Source: Felis catus
Taxonomy: Eukaryota
NCBI RefSeq assembly: GCF_018350175.1
Contig: NC_058368.1
Coordinates: 221,838,001 to 221,902,000, forward strand
Length of the DNA stretch: 64,000 nucleotides
Direction of reading: 5' to 3'
Shown here piece after piece: positions 55,866 to 64,000 of the stretch (position 1 is the first letter of the stretch; every line of letters begins with the position of its first letter). The notes beneath the pieces are model-generated. The model saw nothing but the letters and a program-made list of their open reading frames with translations. It searched no databases and was not told where the DNA came from. The translations under genes and the position numbers were made by a program.

Positions 55866-56094
55866 GAAGTAGAAATAAATGGTATCCCAGGCAATATAAA
55901 CTGAGGTTATACATCAGTAGCAGACCAGCTCTGCAGGAGGTGTTAAAAGAAGTTCCCCAGGGAGAAGGCACATTATATAGATCATAAAATTAGATGTAAA
56001 TAAAGAAAAAAAAAACATTGGAGATGGAATACATGAAGATAAAATAAAATGCATATATATTTTATTATTCCTCATTGACCTAAAGTGTAATTGA

Positions 56095-56324
56095 TTTTTT
56101 AATTTTTTTTAAAATATTTTTTTAACGTTTATTTATTTTTGAGACAGAGAGAGACAGAGCATGAATGGGGGAGGGTCAGAGAAAGGGAGACACAGAATCT
56201 GAAACAGGCTCCAGGCTCTGAGCAGTCAGCACAGAGCCCAACGCGGGGCTTGAACTCACTGACCGCGAGATCATGACCTGAGCGGAAGTCGGCCACTTAA
56301 CCCACTGAGCCACTCAGGCACCCC
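56095..56324 (-). mobile_element. Can-SINE (felid type)
   Basis: TSD aagtgtaattgattttt. Confidence 0.95.
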
Positions 56325-56709
56325 AAGTGTAATTGATTTTTGAAGTAATAATTGTAACGGTGTACTGGGTGACTATAGCATGTGAATGTGTTGCATGAAT
56401 AGCAGTCATGTCAGAAGCATGGGAGGAAGGAATTGGATACCTGCACTAGATGTGAATTAGTGTTATTTAAAGGTAGATTTAGTTAAAATGCATAATGAAA
56501 ACTCTAGAAAAATAACTGAAAATAATTTCAAGAGAAGAAAAATTAATAAAAGTCTAGCACGGTTTCAGTGTTGAATTAAGACAAACATCTAAGGAAAAGC
56601 TGATATTAATTCTCTACCCTCTTCCAGAAAATAAAAATCGGAGAGAAAACTTTTTTACTCATTCTAGAAAGCCAGCAATATCCAAAACCCCATAAAGACT
56701 ACAGACAAA

Positions 56710-56931
56710 TTTTTTTAATGTTTATTTATTTTTGAGAGACAGACACACACACACACACACAGAGTGTGAGCAGGAGAGGGGCAGAGGGAGAGGGAGAAAC
56801 AGAATCCAAAGCAGGCTCCAGACTCTGAGCTGTCAGCTCAGAGCCAGACGTGGGGCTCGAACCCACGAACTGTGAGATCATGACCTGAGCAGAAGTCAGA
56901 CACTTAACCAACTGAGTCACCCGGGTGTCCC
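56710..56931 (-). mobile_element. Can-SINE
   Basis: Full antisense structure with a (CA)n variant tract. Confidence 0.93.
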
Positions 56932-57993
56932 AAGAGACCAGTGTTTCTTAAGATAGATACAAAACTTCTCAAGAAAGCATTAGCAATGTTAAATCCATGC
57001 TAATCCATATATTGGAAAATGCATACCTGAACAAATATGATTCAATCCAGGTTTAAGTTTGGGTTCACATTCAAAAAATAATTTACATAATCTACCAAAT
57101 CACTGCCTAGGAAAACATTATTTCATCATGGTATTTGACAAAATCAATATTCATGACTTAATAAAAAATGTTAGCAAGGCAGTAGAGAGGAATCTTCTCA
57201 GCATGATGAAAATCATCTTTAAAAAATCATCTTTAAAAAAATCCTTTAATTAACATCATACTTTCTATTAAGAAACTAGAGGCATTTCCTCTAAGATGAA
57301 GAAAAGAACACCTATTCAATATCAGAATGGAAGTCGTAGCAAGTGCAAAAGAGAAACATTAAAAAAAAAAACATACAACTGGAAAAAAAGAAATAAAACT
57401 ATCTGCATTCATAGAGGACATGATTGTCTATGTTGAAAATTGCAAACCATTGACAAAAATGGCAAAAACAAAGAAGCAAACAAAAAAACCTGGAACTAAT
57501 AAGCAGTATTGGTGACCAGTACAGAAAGATCACAGAATATGAGGTTAATAAAAAAGTCAACTGTGTTTACACATAACAATATTGAAGAACTGAAAATTAA
57601 AATTTGAGATTCAAAATACCATTTATGATAGTATCAGTAAATGAAATACTTAAGTATAAATGTAACAAAACATGTTATGATCTATAAGCCCAAGCTATAA
57701 AACTCAGATAAAAGAAATCAAAGAAAATCTAAATAAGTGGAAAGTCAATGTTCATTAATTGAAACATTCTATATTGTTAAGTGTTTAGTTCCCCATTCGA
57801 TCTATAGTTTTAACGCAATTCTAGTCAAATTCCAGCAAGCTACTTTTGTAGATGTTGACAAACTTAAGCAAATGGAAAGGCTTAAAACAAGATTAGCCAA
57901 AATAACACAAAATAAGAACAAAACTGGAGAACCCACACTCCTTTTTTTCAAGAAGCACTACAATGTGACAATAATGAAGACAGTATGGTGCTA

Positions 57994-58190
57994 GGGCACC
58001 TGAGTATCTCAGTTGGTTAAGCGTCCAGACTCTTAGTATGGCTCAGGTTATGATATCACAGTTTCCTGAGTTCAAGCCCTGCATCATGCTCTGTGCTGGC
58101 AGTGCAGAGCCTGCTTGGGATTCTCCCTCTCCCTGTCTGCCCCTCCCCCATTCAAGCTGTCTTCTCCTCAAAATAAATAAATAAAAACTT
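57994..58190 (+). mobile_element. Can-SINE
   Basis: Head, CT tract, aataaa tail; atggtgc on both flanks. Confidence 0.88.
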
Positions 58191-58607
58191 GGAAGAAAAA
58201 AAGCATGGTGCAGATGAAAAACAGATCCATAGACGATGGAACAGAATAGAAAACCCAGAAATAGACTCACACAAATATAGTCATAAAGTAGTATTAGATT
58301 GTAACCCACACTATAACATAAACATCCATGATAATTTGTTTGCATAAATAAACTATTGAATAAATAAGTGGCAGAGGGAGAAAAAACCAAATCTCTTTGC
58401 AGAAGATTTCTAAACAATTTATGTAGATACTCCACCCCCAAGGAGATGGATGATAACACTTGGATACTTAAGTATGGGTTGTGCGTAGTGAATTCCCTCC
58501 AAAGAGGACGGAAGCGAAAGGAGTGGGGGAGAAGAGTGATTTTACAGTAAAGAAATCTGACAAACATTACTTCTGCCACATGATTAACAACATCAAAGGT
58601 GATAAAT

Positions 58608-58991
58608 TGTAAAAAAAAAAAATCTGACTTTTTTTTTGATGTTTGACCACTAACATCTCTTAAGCCTTAGCTTTCTTTTCTGGGAGAGTTCATAAGAAAA
58701 GCTTTGGGGGTCCTTCTTTTGTGCCAGGTCAGAGATTTGAACCATGGGAGCCCCTGTGGAAATCCTCACCATAGCCTCACCCCTTAACCACAATAAATAC
58801 CTCAGGCAAGTCTGTTTTCCTGCTCCCTCCAGCCTTTTACTGACAACTTTGGACATCCTGCCTTGCTCTCCCCAGAGACCTCACTTATGTAGGTCTCATC
58901 ATACTTACACATGTGTGAAATCTTCAGCCTGGATATTGGAGCCGATTTTGGGGGTGTGTGGTCCATCCTGCTTCTTCAGGGTGCCACAACA
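58608..58991 (+). mobile_element. Solo LTR inserted in the L1 3' region
   Basis: TGT...ACA termini, flanks taaat / taagt, internal aataaa followed by a C/T-rich tract. Confidence 0.6.
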
Positions 58992-59394
58992 TAAGTAAGA
59001 TTACTAAAAACCAAAATATGAACAAAAAACAAACCCAAAACATCAGTCTGTTCATGAGAAAAATACAATGCAAATCCTGATTGAAGAACATTCTACAAAA
59101 TAACTGATCTGTGTTCTTCAAACCTATTTATGATACGATAAAAAATGAAAGCTTAAGAAAATGTTACCGCCAGGAGGAACTTGGCTGACATAATGAATAT
59201 AATACGGTATCTTGGAACAGAAAAAGAACAGCAAGTAAAAACTCAGGAAATTTGGATAAAGTATGGACTTTAATGAATAATAACATATCAATTTTCGTTA
59301 GTTGGATGCATCGATAATAGTAAGACGTTTGCCATATTAATGTAAGATAATAATTCAAGAAATTGGATGTGATATATGGAAACTTTTGCACTAT

Positions 59395-59597
59395 TTTTTA
59401 AAAAACGTTTACTCATTTGTTTTTGAGAGGGGGAGGGAGAGGCAGAGAGAGAAAGAGAGAGAGAGAGAATCTCAAGCAGGCCCAGCACTGTCAGCACAGA
59501 GCCTGATGCCGGGCTTGAACTCACCAACTGGGAGATCATGACTTGAGCCCAAATCATGAGTTGGCCACTTAAGCAACTGAGCCACCCAAGTGCCCCA
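59395..59597 (-). mobile_element. Can-SINE
   Basis: Antisense head and (GA)n. Confidence 0.92.
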
Positions 59598-60754
59598 ATT
59601 TTTGTAATCATTCTATAAAATCTAAAACTTTTCTAAAGTGAAAAGTTCATTTAAAAATAAAACAAAATAAATGAGATGAAATGTGGACATTTTGTCTGAC
59701 TTCCATTCTTAGTACATTGCTTTGCCTCACACAAGTGATAAACATGAACCCATGTTGTAATGATTCAGGAAAACACAATTTTCAGTGGAACTTGTGGGCA
59801 GGCAGTGGTGGGAAGTTGAATAGGCAGGGTAGCAGCAGTGAGAAATACTAAGCAGGAGAGAAGCAGATGGCTGGCGAATCAGGAGAGGCAGTGCCATGTT
59901 GATATCACGGCCACTTCCTAGTTTTCAAGACTCCATTATAGGAGAGGGAAACTCAATTATTTAGGAAATACTCTTATCTGTGGAAACGCTGATAACAGAT
60001 AACCAATGCTTTGATATAGTACGATGCTTAACTTGTATCTATAATATTGGCATTTTATTTTTCTCACGAACTCTTTCATGTAAATTGGTTTTCATGTAAA
60101 TTGGCAAAAATAAAAGAAAATGGTGTGATTCTTAATATTCAACTCATTACTGCTCCATTTAGAGCCAATGTTTAAAAGTTTGAAGGTAAATTCAATTAGT
60201 TAACTTAAAAACAAATGGAAAGGTACTAACATCCAATAGAAAAATGGGGCAGAGGGGAATGCATGATCTGTGGGTTCAAAAATTAACAAATTCAGCTCTC
60301 TAATAAACATGCACTGATCTTACTACAAATTTCTGTTTCAAATTCCTTCTTGCAAATGCAAAAATGATGTATCTGTTTCTAACTCTGCCTATTAAAAACT
60401 ACCAAGCCTGATATTACAAAGTTTTGGAACTCTTTTGGAAAATAGATGCTCTCGTAAACAGCAGGATGTATAAATAATACACATTTTTCCAGAGGGTATG
60501 TTTTCCACGTGTACCAAAATCCTTAAAATCATGCATGCTCTATAATACTGAAACCTAAATTATATGAATTTATATTAAGAAAATTATTATAAAGTGAGAT
60601 TGGATATATACTTAAAATTTTTTAAAAACTCAGATCTACATCCTTTGGGCATATTAATCATAGGGTTTATAGCCATTAAAATGAGGCATTATCACATGAA
60701 TTTAAGTAAAAATATGATATTTGGTGAACAGAAAAATATCTGAACATAATGATG

Positions 60755-61000
60755 ATGACAATAGCTCTCATTTGCCGAGTACTGACATTGTGTCAAACAC
60801 TTTGTAAGTACTTAACGTGTATGAAATCAAGCAGTTCTCTCTCCCTGCCACCCCCACAGTGAGGCAAGTATTTTATGGGGAAGAAAACTGAGTCACAGAA
60901 AAATTAAATAACTTCTCCAAGGACACATAGCTAGGAATTGTGGCTGAGGTACTCACTCAAGCGTTTTGACTCTGGATGCCAAGGTCTGAATCACTACACT
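60755..61000 (-). mobile_element. MIR
   Basis: 'aatagctctcatttgccgagtact...gaagaaaactgagtcacagaaaaattaaataacttctccaaggacacatagctag'. Confidence 0.75.
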
Positions 61001-61794
61001 AATAACTCTCTAGATAGACTGAGGATACTGAAGATGATTCAATTTGTATTTTAGAGTGAACCAACAAATGCAATATATGTCGCTTATGTCCAGGGAACCA
61101 TTTGTCATAAAAGCAAAAATGGCTATTGTGCATTGGCTACACATCCATAAGAAAAGACTTTCTAACTCCAGTCCAAGGAGAAACTTCTTTTGCTCATTGA
61201 TAATGAAGGCTCTGAAGTCGACCGATGAGATATATTTTATAAAGACACAACAGGCAATTTTGGGTTCCACTACATCATACATCATATGATTTACTTTGAT
61301 TTTTGCAATATTTATTTTGTCTCTGGCTAAAAAGAAAATTTCATCTTGTCTACTGGTTGTCTAGGAGCAGTATTTGATTGTTAGCGGAACTTCTGGCAGA
61401 TACTTGCCTTCGACAAAGGAGAAAAAAATATATTTTTGAAGCAATTGTTTCAGAGTTCAGTTATCTGGGCTCTTAGAGACTTCTGGGCTAGCTTTAAAGA
61501 GGTGTTTGGTCTCATAATCAGGACTTTCCCCTTTCCTGGCCATAAAAGCACTTTGTAACTAGACACATGCATTTATAGGGATCAATATTGAACCATTTTT
61601 CTTCTTCTTTTTTTTTTTAACTTTGTGGAAGTGTTTGGGTATTTCACATTTTTATGCATTTGATTATGTTTTGTAATGCAGTGTTGAAATATATTTGAAC
61701 AAAATCCTAAGTAGAAAGTTCTATTTATAAATGAAACCGTACTTTATTTATCTGTTACTACATAAACAAAAACAACCCAAAAAACAAACAAACA

Positions 61795-62270
61795 AAACTA
61801 TCATAGAAACTGGTGGATTAAAACAAATCGGTTTTGATACATTTGAAGATTTTCTGGGTCAGGATTTAACTGGATGATTGCTCAACTCCATGTGGAGTAC
61901 ACTAGAATTCTAAGTAATGTTCAGTCGACAGCCTGTCTGGTTCGGAAAATCTAAGATGGCATCACACACAAAGCCGGGGCCTCTGCTGAATGACCGGAAG
62001 TGTAGGCCTCGCTGGGTTCCGCTCTCCTGTCTGACCCGGCATTCCCATGCCAGCTCCCCTTCAGGGAGTCAGATATTTTACATGACCTTACGTGGTTCCA
62101 AGGCAGAAACTGGCAGTCCTCTTAAATGCCAGGCCCCAGGACTGGCATAAAGTCAAATGCCACACTGTACGACTGATCCAAGCAATCATTGGCCAGTTCC
62201 CATTCAAAGGACAGAAGACAGACTCGCTGCTCAAGTCATGAGCAGCGAGTTCCTTGGAAAAAATGCCAAG
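61795..62270 (-). mobile_element. Old MaLR (MLT1) LTR
   Basis: 'ctgggtcaggattt...ctaagatggcatcacacaca...tttttacatg...ggttccaaggcagaaactggcagtcctctt'. Confidence 0.6.
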
Positions 62271-62354
62271 GAACGTGTAACAGTTCCACTGTTATTTTTG
62301 GTCACTGCACCAAAAATAACGTTCTTTCATTCTGTAGTTACTTTAGTGTGTTCC

Positions 62355-62558
62355 CTTTATTTTTTATTTGTTTTTATTTTTGAAAAAGAGAGTCGGAGTG
62401 CTAGCAGGGGAGGGGCAAAGAGAGAGACACACACAGAATCTGAAGCAGCCTTCAGGCTCTAAGCACAGAGCCAGATGTGGGGCCCGAACCCACTAACCCT
62501 GAGATCATGACCAGAGCCAAAGCTGGATGCTTAACCCACTGAGCCGCCCAGGCACCCC
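62355..62558 (-). mobile_element. Can-SINE
   Basis: Antisense head ending gccgcccaggcacccc. Confidence 0.92.
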
Positions 62559-63084
62559 TCATTCCATAGTTTTTCAAAAACTGGCTGAATGTTTGTTGTT
62601 TTCTTGCATGGTACTCTAACATTGACTTAGGAGTTCTTTGATCTAGACACATTTAAATGCACTCAGCTGCTTTTATATTCAACTCGGAGTACAGAGAATA
62701 TTTTATAATGAAGTTTTCACAGCAAAATAATAAGTTTCAAAGAATAAATTCTCATCAGTTTTAACTGAAAAACTCACAAAGCCCAAACCATAAGCTAGTG
62801 TTATCATTGGATTCCTATTTTTAACACTAACAGTGAAATAACAGTCTTTTGTAATGATTATTAAAATATAAACCCAGATGTGCCAAACTACTCCCTATTT
62901 CTGTTGGAATACTAAAATCATAGTATTTCTTTGTGTTGGCAAGTAGGTAGTAAAAGGCAGTATAATAACTATACACGTTGTTAGAAATATTTACATAATT
63001 ACTTCACCTGGCAAATTGTGATTATGCTTAGAAAGCTGTTATACCAGCAGAAATTATAATTGACCCTTTTGTAATATTTAATTT

Positions 63085-63833
63085 TAGCTTTATTGCGGCA
63101 TAATTGACATTTAAATTTGTAAGATATTTAAAGTATATCTTGTGGGGTGCTTGGGTGGCTCAGTCAGGTCATGATCTCATAGTTCATGAGTTCCTTTTCT
63201 GTGTCGGGCTCTGTGCTAACAGCTCAGAACCTGAATGGAGCCTACTTTGGATTCTGGCTCCCTCTCTCTCTGCCCCTCCCACTCTAGTGCTCTGTCTCTC
63301 TCTCAAAAGAAAAAAACAAAAACAAAAACATTAAAAAAATTAAAGTATACATTGTGGTGGTTTGATATATGTATATATTGTGAAAAGATTCTCTCATGTA
63401 GTTCATTAACACATCCATCACCTCCTATATTGATCTGTGTGTGGGGGGAGGGCGGAGAGAGAGAGAGAGAACACAAATTCTAATCTCTTAGCAAATTTCA
63501 GTGCACAGTGTACTGTTACCAACTATAGTCACCATGTTTTACATTAGATCCTCAGAACTTATCTTACAGCTCAAATTATAGACCCTGTTACCAACCTCTC
63601 CCTCTTTCTCCTACTCCCAGTCTCTGGCAACCACATTTCTACTCTCTATTTCATGAATTTGAAGTTTTGTTTTTGTTTTTTGTTTTTTTTTCTGAGTCTG
63701 TGTGTAAGTGAGGCCATGCAGTATTTACCTTCCTCTGTCTGACGTAGTTCACTTACCATAGTGTCCTCAAGTGCCTCCCGTGTTGTCCCAAACGCCAGGG
63801 TTTCCTTCTTTCTCATAGCTTATTAAAATTCAA

Positions 63834-63873
<40 letters not shown>

Positions 63874-63955
63874 CATGTCTTCTTTATCCATTCATTTGCT
63901 GATGGAAATTTAGGTCATTTCCATATCTTGGCTGTTGTGAGTGATGCTGCAAAAT
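63085..63955 (-). mobile_element. L1 3' end (antisense) with an inserted Can-SINE (63143-63340, +)
   Basis: 'ctcttagcaaatttcagtgcacagtgtactgttaccaactatagtcaccatg', 'tctttatccattcatttgctgatgg'. Confidence 0.85.
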
Positions 63956-64000
63956 CCAGGAATTGTGGCTGAGACACCAATTCAAACAGCTGGGTTCTGG

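Larger units (their letters stand above)
54950..59650 (+). mobile_element. Old fragmented L1 (ORF1, RT region, 3'UTR) hosting six SINEs and an LTR
   Basis: ORF1-like PRHILIKL*KTKGKEKIL at ~55500; RT-like AFPLR at ~57280 and LSAFIEDMIVYVEN at ~57400. Confidence 0.8.

Noticed and set aside
57209..57250. Short tandem duplications (aaaatcatcttta here; ttcatgtaaattgg at ~60075)
   Set aside because: Ordinary replication slippage
60933..63973. Identical 16-mer aggaattgtggctgag at ~60933 and ~63958
   Set aside because: Both sit in MIR-like context, and the second is cut by the window edge, so a duplication cannot be established

Overview
AT-rich, repeat-dense mammalian DNA. The tRNA-derived Can-SINEs, including near-consensus SINEC_Fc-type copies, point to a felid. 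I recognise no intact protein-coding gene, and almost all listed ORFs are artefacts of SINEs, LINEs, LTRs or microsatellites. The standout is a ~3.3 kb GC-rich island (12408-15711, +), an intronless and disabled retrocopy of TYK2 covering the 5'UTR, FERM, SH2-like and JH2 pseudokinase regions. It appears to be copied from a non-canonical mRNA: one JH2 exon is cleanly missing, and the transcript runs through the splice donor after JH2 and ends in an A-rich tail, so the JH1 kinase domain is absent. A solo LTR later inserted into its first coding exon. Other notable structures are a perfect 41-bp-arm palindrome at a junction between two LTR elements (30395-30481), a young twin-primed L1 with a possible mini 3' transduction (40702-40946), an old ~0.3 kb local duplication, nested and stacked SINEs, and an ERV-L dUTPase-like relic. 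Family names and TYK2 exon boundaries come from recalled sequences, not from searches, and many repeat boundaries are approximate.
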